Assembly: GCA_032718475.1 (NCBI GenBank)
Contig: JAUCBJ010000538.1
Coordinates: 1-56,026, forward strand
DNA length: 56,026 nt
Direction: 5' to 3'
Source of the DNA: Nemertoderma westbladi
Lineage: Eukaryota > Animalia > Xenacoelomorpha
Shown: piece after piece, positions 24,344-34,989 of the stretch
How the letters are laid out: every line of letters begins with the position of its first letter
Numbering within the stretch: the stretch's first letter is position 1
Translations under genes and position numbers: made by a program
The notes under the pieces: model-generated
Told to the model about the DNA's origin: nothing
The model's database searches: none
What the model saw: only the letters and a program-made list of their open reading frames with translations

Positions 24344-26044
24344 GTTTTATTGTTAAAATCATGCTTATTATTATTATAATTACTGTTCTAAAAGAAATTG
24401 TTTAATAAATAAATTTTGTCAATATTGTACCAGTCGCACCGCAGTTTTTCTTCATCCTTATACAGTAGTGATTTGTTCGTACGTAGCAATGGAAATCTGC
24501 CCTTGCAACGATTCTAAATAATATGTAAGATAATTATTAGTTTCGTTCAGAAATATATTACTTAATATAAATATTAATATTGTATGTTCTCTTTATCTAT
24601 TAATATTTTGATGTCATATTACTATTGCGTAGCTACTCATTAAATAAACGAAATATTCCAGAATATTATATATATTACTGTACAGTGCAGTATACAGCTG
24701 ACTAATTGAAGACCATGACTTTCTTGAGACGCCTAAAGACACTTGCCTTGAAGTTGCGGATAGTCATGGGTGATAGGGAGTTGTAGCCGCGCTATTTTGT
24801 CGACAGACCAGAATAGGTCTCTTAATGCAGCTGCTTCCGGCATGCCGATTATAGATAGATAATTGAAACCTGAAAAAGGTGGACAGTACAATCACTACGA
24901 AATAGCATTGCTTTAATACGTTTCTGATTGGTCAGACTATTATCTACTGTAGGCTATATGTGTTATGTGCCTGTGTCCTTCTTTTTCAATCACACACTTA
25001 TTCCCAATTATGTAATTAAGAAAGCGAAATCTTGAAAAGGGTGGACAGACCAATCGCTAGAAACTGCTTTGCTTAATACGTTTCTGATTGGTCTGTCCGT
25101 TGTCCATGTTTTCTCTGTCCACTACACCTTTTTCAAACACCCCCTGTTTACCTGTACATACATTATTGTTTTTGTTAGAAAATGTGATAGTAATATTTGT
25201 AATACTGTAATATGATATCATAACTTTAACTAGTTTTGGTTGAGGTACACCGAAAATACTACCGGTACTATTTGCAAAACCATGTTGAGCAAACTCTACC
25301 TTACCTAAATTGGGGATACACGTACTGTACGTACAGTTACTTGGGCTTGCTCTGCTTGTCAGAGAATCCGGTCTGCCTAAACACCAAACTACACGACTAC
25401 ACCCAACTTCCACCCAACAATGATCATAAAGTTAACTATACTGTATAATACTTATGTCTTGATAAAATAATGTAAATGAAAATGTACGGTATATACTCTT
25501 AGGTAAACATACTGTACTGTATAGTCATCTTATTCCTGTGTAACTTACATAATCCAATTATACCAAACAGTAACAGTGTAGACACATCATCACCTTTCCT
25601 GGGATTTACGTATTTACCTATCAAGTATTCCCAATTCAACCTTATACAGTATGCACAGTATTTGTACATTAGATTGACATCTTATAACCCTGTGTAATTT
25701 ACCTACAGTACAGTATCATAATTATACCATACATTATACAGTATATAGGCCCTACACATTAACTTTTCTGGGATTTACCTTTCAGGAGGCCCCATTGAAA
25801 TAACTTACATTTATATAGACCCTCTACTCTTATTTGACCCCACCTGGTACGTAGCGTGGGAAAAAAACCTGGGCAGGCGTGAGTTAAATATGTGAACGTC
25901 ATCCAAGCGTCAATTTATCAACAGGTTCATATCCATACGGTTCTATAATCTACTGTATCAAAACATGATGGGGTCTGCCTTTTGCACGGGGGGGGGGGGG
26001 GGGGGGGGGTCTGCCTTTTATACAGGTCTTTGGCGCGCAATATT

Positions 26045-26498
26045 TGTGGGGCGAGGGGCTAGCCACGAAGTGAGTGAAGTCTTAGCATATGGCTACCATA
26101 CACGAGTTATCTTTCATTTTTGATCGCTACTGTAATAACTTGGTCATTCCTTGATGAAATTAAACCAAACTTGGTACATATCGTCATGTACTGTAGTCTG
26201 CAAAAGTTTAGAAATTTTACACATAAACATATTTTCATAGTTCCTCTGTCTGCAGCTAGGGGATGAATTGTCATAAACGTAGATGTTGCTGTAATTATAC
26301 TGTAGAGTACAGTACAACCATCCGATTCATCTGAAATTTGGAGGAGTACGCCTATCCTATGAGCATTGCTTAAATAGAAAATGTAGGCAAGCTAACGAAG
26401 TAGTAGAGCAAAAAAGTACTCGGAATACAGATTTCTCTGTTTAACCGTTCTTGGGTTAGCCGAATCTCGTGCTGCGCGAAGGCCGCACGAACGCGTGT
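26045..26498 (+). mobile_element. Short degenerate copy of the Crypton/HINE-like family
   Basis: Both family termini are present; internal similarity to 14133-14521. Confidence 0.7.
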
Positions 26499-27171
26499 CC
26501 CATACTGTTTTTAAACGGTACCACTGCCTGGACTTATCGGTAAGGCATAGAGGCATTAATATTACCTACAGTACGTTGGTATAGAGGCCCATGTGAAGTA
26601 TACCAGACTTTCTGCTGTTATATTTCACTTTGCAGATACCCCCCATGGGAAGGATACCAGGTTTTCATTAAATTGATCCATATTCATTCATTTTTGGATG
26701 CTACTATAAAATATAATTATTTTTATTTTCAAATGGATTAACACAATTATTTTAGATAAGGAAAATACTAATTGGCCACAAACTAACTCCGTAGTAATCT
26801 CACCATAATATAAATCAGTTTGCATTAATTATCATTAGCTATTAATATTGCCTAATTTGATTTGGCCTATTTTGGAACATATTATTAAATAATGACCTTC
26901 ACATTCGTGGCACCTACTGTACTACATTTCCATCAGATTTAAGTATGAGGCATAATGCCGATATCCCCATCCACAAGAAGATTTATGAAGGCCTACCGTA
27001 TTTATTTATTATACTAAATTAATGTTCTGTCCTAGTCCCTGTATGCTGCACCTGAAGGCTGCTCTAGTTTAGAAAACCTTTGAACTGAAAGAAAATTGTA
27101 CAATAATTCGATAAAATAATGGGGTGCCAACAGTATTACAGTATACTTACAGGTAGATTGATAGATTGCAG

Positions 27172-28344
27172 TGTAAAAGCTTTTGCGTAATTAGCCGGTT
27201 ATTTTCCCTGTAAAGTACTCTGTAGTTGGTTTACTGGGCATAAAAAGGCCGTGTCCTTACTGTACTGGTGTTTTAGAGGACATAAAAGCCTTTCTTCTGT
27301 ATTTGTACTTTAGAGGACATAATCCGCAATTTCGGGACGCAATAAGCTCGATACTCTTGAAAACAGTGTCGCTACCATGACGACGGCTAACAGCTGATAT
27401 TGCCACGTCGACATTTCTTTGTTTCTTTGTTCTCTCGTTGTTCGGTCGACCAATCAGAGCGTTTTTTGTCTCTGTGTTGGAGGTGGATACAGAAACTCAG
27501 GAATTCAGTGTTATGTTTTTGCCCAGAGCCTAAGAACACCGGCTTTTGGCACCTCCGTGTTTCAGTCTTTAGTCTTACATTAGTAGGCTTAATTATAGAA
27601 CGTATATCTGTTATCTAACCTAACCATACCAATGCAAACGAGCTACTTACTTACTCAACAAACTTAATTATATCTTATTAACTTTACTGCTTTTACTGTC
27701 TGTTATTCATTATATTTGTTGATGGAAGATTATATCGGAATACTGATCAATAGTCAGATACCCCACCTTCTTGATATACTAAAGGTTAGAGAGACCGGTT
27801 ACAGATAAACGATTGCGACCTATGTTAAGTGGTTTGAAGTGAATCTAATGCTATTTCATATGCCCAACATAAATCGTCTGTTGCTCTCTTTATACGTGAC
27901 CAAATTTAGTGAATGTCGGCAGATTAGTGTGCAGTATTGTGCAGCATTGTGTATGAGTGTAACTGATAACAAAGCATCTCCTAAAGAATGCGCCATATAC
28001 GTGAATCTATAGCCTTTTCGTTGTGTCTAGTTTAAGCCATAACTCTGTTTACATATTTAGAGCGCCACGTCCTAAAGGAACTGTTAATATTTCCCGAAAG
28101 TGAATAATATTTGTCAGAGATTATATATTACGATCAGTCGAATAATACAGTAGGCTTACACCATCAATCATTAAGCTCCGAACTCAGTCTCCCGGGTATA
28201 TCCAACGGGTGAATGATTGCGCATAGACTGGCTTCGGCTAATGTAGTGTATCAAATACTCGTCATAGGCTAAAGACTATCTATCATCCAAAAGACATTCT
28301 AATTTTGGCAGGTTAAACTGTCAAAGGTCTTAAAAGCGCAAACA
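27172..28344 (+). repeat. 5' LTR (1173 bp, subfamily 3)
   Basis: Matches 38235-39408; four differences seen by eye. Confidence 0.97.
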
Positions 28345-28355
28345 ATAACAGATAT
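28345..28355 (+). promoter_or_regulatory. Putative self-complementary primer-binding site (Tf1-type)
   Basis: ATAACAGATAT abuts the LTR end and is the exact reverse complement of ATATCTGTTAT at 27604-27614. No TGG-type tRNA PBS is present. Confidence 0.7.
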
Positions 28356-28639
28356 TGCTTCTGGATTGCGGTGTAAGCAATCTAGTCGAAAGTACCGGTC
28401 GAACGGTAACCTGTACTGCTGTAACCAGTAGGCCTGACTGCCTGATCACCCGAACCGGTACTTACAGTACAGGTACAGCAGTATTATTCGATTTTGATAA
28501 TTATATACCGGTAGGCCTTAATAATTAATCAGGGACTGCAGCCCTGGTTTTTTATTGAGATTTTACTTATTTCTGTCAAGTTTTATTTGTTTGTAGGCCA
28601 GTATTGAGCAGAAGGCGTGTAAGCCTGCTCAGATTGTAC

Positions 28640-29210
28640 AGATAATTTGTAGGCTTGACTGTTGGCTAACTGTTGATTAGGTCTGAACGGATTGCAGTGC
28701 ATGTAGAGTGTATGTCCGATAAAGAACAGTTAGGAAGTAGGGGCAGCCATAGCTGTAAGGTAAACCCCATCTAAAGAATAAGTCGTACTACTGGGTTAGA
28801 ACGCATACTACTTAACCATTTCGGAGTCTGCATGTCCTGTGGTTTATTTAGGCCTGATAGGAGTCCGCCAGCGTTTGGTCTGTACTTTTTTTGTGTAGTC
28901 TGTACGGGTAGCGTATAATTTTATTTAGATAATTTGTAGGCTGGATAGTTGTCTGGCTGCTGTTGGGTTTGAGGAAATTTCGGTGTGTGTAAAGCATCTG
29001 TCTGATAAAGAACGGTTAGGAAGTAGGGGCAGCCATAGCTGTAAGGTAAACCCCCATCTAAAGAATAAGTCGTACTACTGGGTTAGAACGCATACTACTT
29101 AACCATTTCGGAGTCTGCATATACCGTAGTTTGTTTAGGCTTGATAGTAGTCTGTCAGTATTTGGTTTGCATTTTGTTTGAGTAGTTTGTACACGTAGCG
29201 TAATATTTAT
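28640..29210 (+). repeat. ~287-bp direct duplication in the 5' leader
   Basis: GATAAAGAAC...GGAGTCTGCAT at ~28718 and ~29004. Confidence 0.9.
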
Positions 29211-30543
29211 TATTCAGAGTTTATGCGATTATTCGCAACATTCATTCCCCAAGTTTGTTCCTACAGTAATTGTGTTTGTTATACATACCGTTATAGTTAA
29301 ACTAACCCCGGTACTACATCAGGGCTGCTCGGCGTAGGTAAAGACTGGAGATTTTGTGCTTTGGTCACTCCGGCAGATACCGTGGTTCTTTTAGCTGTTC
29401 AAGTATTTTAACTACTAATTATTTGTTGTACAAGTACTTGTACCTAATTTAGGGTTTAGTGTACAGTGCTTTCCGAAAGCAATTAGTGTGTAGGCAGTAT
29501 ATTTGTGTTGTAAAGTGGTTAATAGGCACGTTGGTTCTGGTAGACCTCGGTAATTAACTTCTAGGTAGGGACACTCCGTGATACATAACGTAGTACCTAT
29601 AGCGATACGGTTATAGGTCGTCAGGCGGTGGTATTTTCCTATCTGGACAACGCAGTATATTTACTACTACTTATTATTTTCAAATACCGTAGTAACCTGT
29701 CCGTTGTAATAACCAGATATTCTAACCCTTTGTTAGGCTGGTTAGTAGACTTCTTGTAAAATTACCCTAAAAATTCGTATTTGTGTATTTGTAATTAAAT
29801 TTTTGTGTTTATTTAGAGATTGTAATCTCAACCCGAATTGTACGTAATTTGTAGTATTAAGTAACTTAGGTAAATCAGAATTATTTGTTTTAGTGTCCAA
29901 CAAGTAGCACTCCACTGAGAGCGCACAGCTTCTGTGTAGTGACTCCCCCCAGAAATAATAACATTTATTTCAAACATTGACAAAACCCATTAAACGGGTA
30001 TATATATATTATAAATCAACTCAAACGATTTATAAATAGTAGGCCTGCCATATAACAATTAGGTCTCAATATCAGTTGGACTACTGCTCGAATGACAGTA
30101 ATAAAGTAAGTAAAGTAACCAAGTAACCCTTAAAAATTCAGAAATTCAATTATTTAAAATAATTGACATACCGGTATTTACGATAGGCCTATTATCTTTA
30201 TTTCTATAAATTTAGGCTGAAATCATACCGGTACTCTGCAATTAATTCTAGTCCAGAATTATACTTATATATACTATAAGTAGGCTGTATACCGGTATTC
30301 ACGATAGGCCTATTATATATTTATATATTTGTGCTAAATTTATACCGGTATTCTGTAACAAACCTAGTCTGTAATAATACTTATATATATACTATAAACA
30401 TACCGGTATTCTAATATATTATATATATCACGCTACACTGAGTAGCAGTATCGGTAATTAATTGTTAGGCTAACAGTGATACTGAATTACTAGACTTGCT
30501 TTAACTGTAATATAGCAGTAGGCATTCAACTATACAATCAAAC

Positions 30544-33500
30544 ATGGCTGACACAAGGCAAACTCTGTCAGATAGTCTCCTAGAAACAACAGCCTGTTTC
30601 TCAGATCAAAGTGTAGAGAATCCCAGACCGAGGTCTGAAACCCCTCATACTGTAAGAAGGGTGACCCCTGCAGTGGTTGTGTCAGAACCTAGGTTGGTAG
30701 AAGCGATTTCGCAATTTGCGAAGTTAGTGAAGCGCCGTTGGTCTGCCATAGGCACTCGGGCCCAAGTCAAGCGGGATCAAGAAGCAGCTGTCAAACAGCA
30801 GCAACATCCTAGCCAAGAACCTAGTTTTCAGCGGCCCGATAGCTCCAGTAGTTCGGATACTGATGAGCGGACGCCCGAATGCGGAGCGAAGATGGTGGAT
30901 AAGGTTTATGATGAGCGGCCAACCTATGAAGAATCAACCGACGCCACTTTTTCTCAAGAAGAAAGCGAAGTGACAGCAGAGAAACCGCATAAGAGGGATG
31001 CTATTGACATCTATCTGTCAGACTATCAACGCTTTGTAGGAGATGAAGAGTTGAGGAGAAGGTTGGAGGGGCTTAGCCCTAATAGTGAAGGAACCAAGCT
31101 TGTGCTGGACGCAATCGATGCGGAAATGTTAGCTGCGAACCAAGCTAAATTTGATGAACTCCTCCGCATCATTAGAGTCCAAGAAGAGCAAGTAAAGAAA
31201 AAACTTATAGAAGACAGAAAGAAAATAGCAGCAGCAGTGGCAGCTGCAGAAGCAGAAAGAAAAGCAGCCGAAATGGAAAGAAAAGCGGCAATGGCAGCGG
31301 CCGAAGCGGAAAGAAAAATAGCAGTGGCAGAAGCAGAACGGAGGGCATCTGAAGAGACAACCCAACTAGAGTTGGAAAATCTTCAAGAGAGGCAAGACAA
31401 CTTCAATAAACAGTTAACAGCTAGTAATATGCAGAGGATGAGTCGATCTACTCCCAAAAGACAGGGGTATACATCATCTGAGGAAGGCGATACTACCGAT
31501 CCTGAAGGCGGAGGAAATCGATCTCGCCTAAGCAGACGTAAAAGAATGTCCCACCGTCAGAAATTGCCTGAATTGCCTCCAGCTGTTCGAAGGCAACTAA
31601 ATAACACCAACTTAGGTAGTACAGAACCCACAGACCAAATAATTACAATAGAGAGACTCCCTACTATAGTAGATGAGCCTGAAATAATTAGGCCTATTCC
31701 CGAAGCCACCCTTTCGGTCGTAGAGACACCTGTACTCCCTGAACCTACCTCTCAATTCCCTTTGCACAGCACTAAGCTACCTGTGCCTAGAGGAACAGCC
31801 CTTGAAACAGTGTCGGTCCTGGACTCCGAGCGAAATATAAAGGATATATCGCCCGTAGTCCCTCGTCTGCCCGCTACGACGTTGGCGGATCCCGCTTCGG
31901 CGGTTGATTGGGTGGACGAGAGACGGCGGGGGATGGACATTCTCCTCGGAAAGATGGATGAGAATCGAATGAGCTCCTCCCAACAGGTCCGAGAGCTAGA
32001 AGGGACTGTTCAACAGTTAAAGGGAACCGTAAAGGAAAGTAGGTTAGAGTTGCAAGAAGTGCAGCAAAATATCGCGCTAGAACGTGATAAATTAGTAAAT
32101 TTACAAAAGGGTATACTACCACCCCCTGTAACAATGTGTCAACCTGTTAGGTCTGAAGTATCTCATGCGCAAGGTGTGGAGCCTACACGCATCTATACTG
32201 CTAGCGAAGTAGAAACTCCTATAGTGAACCCTATTAAGAGTAATTATAGACCTATTGATAATGATATTCCCTATAGACCGGATCATAATCCGAGAAATTT
32301 ATATACCGATAACTCGATATTAAATAACACGATGGCCCAAGAAAGTTTTACGCGTCAAATGGCTAGAACCGAAGCCCGGCAAGCGGTAAAGGTGGGAGAG
32401 ATCGTCAAGTTCAATGGAGATGAGATGAAATGGTTACCTTTTAATGAATATTACAAAGATAACATACAGAACTCTGTGCTATCTAATGGAGAGAAACTTA
32501 GATTCCTCATCAAGTGCTTGGAAGGATCTCCCAAGTTAATGGCGTTAAAGTTTATTGGACATCCAGACGGATTAAGACAAGTTTGGGATACACTAAACAT
32601 CAGGTATGGTAATAGGAATAATATAGCTGGGTATTTGTATGCAAAGTTAGTAGCGCCCCGAAAGTTTATGAGCAGCGGGATTATAGAGTTTTCCGATGAG
32701 ATTCAGGAGATCTGCAGACAATTAGATTGGCTAGGTAAGTATCATGAGTATCAGAGTGCTATGCTTATTAGAGCAGTGGCTTCTACTTTACCGAAGGGTG
32801 GAGTAGGTACACGCTGGGATAAGAAAGTGTTATATATGATGGAACAACAACGACGAGACCCTACCATGGCTGATCTTATGTCATTCTTAGATGGAGAAGT
32901 GAAATTACAGCTCCTAAGGCAGTCCAGAGAGAAGACACTGGAAAACAAGGTAAGTGAGAAACCCGTTTCTAGGAGAAGGGTAACACCAGTGTGTTATACA
33001 GACGATGGCGAAAGCCAGACTTCTCAAGGAGAGGACAGCGGAAAAGACACTGAAAGATCTTATTATGGCAATAAAGCGCCTATAGAACAGGTAAGTAAAT
33101 TCAAGTCTCGACCCAATGACAGAAGAGAACTGGTAAGAAAAACCCCTCCTACGTCTCCCAAGAGAATTCATGTAAGAAAGCCCGAGGAAAGAACAAGTGT
33201 GCACCACACAGCACAGGTTAAAGTAAGTAACATCAAACCCAAATGTGTGCTGTGCGACGGGCCCCACCGCTTGAATATGTGCGATGAATTCTTAAAGAAA
33301 TCATTAAAAGAGAGACGGGAAGTCATGTGGGATAAGCGGTTGTGTTATAATTGCCTCAGACGAGGACACCAACGGCGAACCTGTTACTTCGACGCAAGGT
33401 GTGCAAAGTGCGGTGCAAAACATCATATCTTGTTGCACACTGAATTCGAACGAAGCAGCCCGAGTCAGGTAAGTGAGTCCGAACAACTACATGTCCAATT

Positions 33501-34989
33501 CAGTGATGTGAACGACACTGACCAAAGTTCTGAGATGGAAGGATTCTATACGGACGAATTCTCCGACCAAAACGAATCCTGTTACTTAATAAACACCACC
33601 GCAGTGTATCGAGCACTCATGTATGAGAAAGACACAGACAGCGACCTCACCCTAACTACTTCAGATCAACAACAATCTTGGAAAGCGCAAACTTCAAATG
33701 TAGGAATCCGAGAATTTCCTGTAGTCCAGTTACGGGTCCACGGACCTCAGAAGAGCTATATAGTGAACGCCCTCCTGGACTCCGGCAGCACAGGAACATT
33801 CATCGATAAAGAACTAGCCGAAGACATCTTTGCTGGACAACCCAAGTTCCGAACCAAGCTGAACATGTCAGGGATCATGCAGGTTTGGAAATCTGCTGTG
33901 GCTGCCGACTATTATATAGGTGAGTTGTCCACTCCACAGGATAAACTAGGAGAACACAGTATAAGGTCAGTCAAAATGGTGGCAATAAAGAACTTCGCTA
34001 CCACCCAAGTGGAACCTTATAATTGGGACGAAGATGATCATGCCCAACGACTTAACATTCCTAGATTCGACACCGATTATCCTGGAGTACAAATATTAAT
34101 CGGTCAAAACGCGCATGAGGCGCTGGAGACATTGGAGAAACGACCTGCTCAACCGCAACCACTTCAGACCTATGCGGTAAGAACTAGAGTAGGTTGGTAC
34201 CTTACTGGACCTTCCCGAAGAACGCTCAGAGAAAGACTGCTTCAAGATCGCGTCTTCCAGGTGAGTGAATGGGAAGATGATACTAGTGAGGGAGACGACC
34301 CAACTGAGGGAACACCATACTCCTCAGATAATGACGATATTAGCTCCAATGTAGATCAATGGAGATATTGCCCCAAGAAGTTTAATCCAACTGACATCGC
34401 TTCCAGAGGAGCAACTCCTCAAGAACTGACAGATACTACAGACCGGTTAGGTGAACCCGACTTCCTGAGTAAGGAGGATGAATGGCCTCCCCATCTTACT
34501 CCGACTGAGATTAGACCAGCCAAGGGAGCGGAGAAAGTCAAACCTAAAACCCGGACGGGTGGATCGGAGTTATTTGAACCCGGGATAGATCTGTCGGTAT
34601 TACATATTGCCAGGGACGACGCCGTGGATCTGGACCTCCCCACCGCGAGTGGATCCTTCATGAAGATCAGAGAGAGCGATCGGAGCTCTGGAACATCAGA
34701 CGTCTCGCAGGGACTCTCACCTCTCCTGCAGGGAGCGACGGACCACTATAGCTCCTGGAATCGGCTTTGTAAGGCCGTCGTGTACCTAGAGCGATGTTTC
34801 TATCGTCACTATTCCAGGACGAAGAGGAAACCTGGAATTGTATTCGGGATGCAGCGACTCAATCACCCAGTCGGTCGTTTGTGTTTACCGGAAGGGAATG
34901 GAGGACTCTCCGGAAACTGTGGAAGGCAAGATTCTCTTCCCACGACCACCTCCCTAATCCTTCAAACATCTAGGGACTCCATAACGTAA
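30544..34989 (+). CDS. BEL/Pao Gag-aspartic protease polyprotein with RNase H C-terminal remnant (1481 aa)
   Basis: Gag core FNGD..KW..F...LSNGEKL.FL..CLEG...RYGN; three knuckles CVLCDGPHRLNMC, CYNCLRRGHQRRTC and CAKCGAKHHILLH; protease ALLDSGS, ILIG and RTRVGW; then QWRYCP..FNPTDIASRG. No YVDD-type RT motif and no DDE integrase. Confidence 0.93.
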   Translation: MADTRQTLSDSLLETTACFSDQSVENPRPRSETPHTVRRVTPAVVVSEPRLVEAISQFAKLVKRRWSAIGTRAQVKRDQEAAVKQQQHPSQEPSFQRPDSSSSSDTDERTPECGAKMVDKVYDERPTYEESTDATFSQEESEVTAEKPHKRDAIDIYLSDYQRFVGDEELRRRLEGLSPNSEGTKLVLDAIDAEMLAANQAKFDELLRIIRVQEEQVKKKLIEDRKKIAAAVAAAEAERKAAEMERKAAMAAAEAERKIAVAEAERRASEETTQLELENLQERQDNFNKQLTASNMQRMSRSTPKRQGYTSSEEGDTTDPEGGGNRSRLSRRKRMSHRQKLPELPPAVRRQLNNTNLGSTEPTDQIITIERLPTIVDEPEIIRPIPEATLSVVETPVLPEPTSQFPLHSTKLPVPRGTALETVSVLDSERNIKDISPVVPRLPATTLADPASAVDWVDERRRGMDILLGKMDENRMSSSQQVRELEGTVQQLKGTVKESRLELQEVQQNIALERDKLVNLQKGILPPPVTMCQPVRSEVSHAQGVEPTRIYTASEVETPIVNPIKSNYRPIDNDIPYRPDHNPRNLYTDNSILNNTMAQESFTRQMARTEARQAVKVGEIVKFNGDEMKWLPFNEYYKDNIQNSVLSNGEKLRFLIKCLEGSPKLMALKFIGHPDGLRQVWDTLNIRYGNRNNIAGYLYAKLVAPRKFMSSGIIEFSDEIQEICRQLDWLGKYHEYQSAMLIRAVASTLPKGGVGTRWDKKVLYMMEQQRRDPTMADLMSFLDGEVKLQLLRQSREKTLENKVSEKPVSRRRVTPVCYTDDGESQTSQGEDSGKDTERSYYGNKAPIEQVSKFKSRPNDRRELVRKTPPTSPKRIHVRKPEERTSVHHTAQVKVSNIKPKCVLCDGPHRLNMCDEFLKKSLKERREVMWDKRLCYNCLRRGHQRRTCYFDARCAKCGAKHHILLHTEFERSSPSQVSESEQLHVQFSDVNDTDQSSEMEGFYTDEFSDQNESCYLINTTAVYRALMYEKDTDSDLTLTTSDQQQSWKAQTSNVGIREFPVVQLRVHGPQKSYIVNALLDSGSTGTFIDKELAEDIFAGQPKFRTKLNMSGIMQVWKSAVAADYYIGELSTPQDKLGEHSIRSVKMVAIKNFATTQVEPYNWDEDDHAQRLNIPRFDTDYPGVQILIGQNAHEALETLEKRPAQPQPLQTYAVRTRVGWYLTGPSRRTLRERLLQDRVFQVSEWEDDTSEGDDPTEGTPYSSDNDDISSNVDQWRYCPKKFNPTDIASRGATPQELTDTTDRLGEPDFLSKEDEWPPHLTPTEIRPAKGAEKVKPKTRTGGSELFEPGIDLSVLHIARDDAVDLDLPTASGSFMKIRESDRSSGTSDVSQGLSPLLQGATDHYSSWNRLCKAVVYLERCFYRHYSRTKRKPGIVFGMQRLNHPVGRLCLPEGNGGLSGNCGRQDSLPTTTSLILQTSRDSIT

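Larger units (their letters stand above)
23521..25142. mobile_element. MULE-like non-autonomous TIR element
   Basis: Imperfect ~65-bp TIRs GGGTGTTTGAAAAA... and a 10-bp direct repeat CCTGTTTACC at 23511-23520 and 25143-25152. Confidence 0.8.

Noticed and set aside
28361-28380. TGGATTGCGG as a tRNA PBS
   Set aside because: It lies 17 nt from the LTR end, within a hairpin, and matches no tRNA 3' end I recognise; a formal tRNA comparison is still needed.
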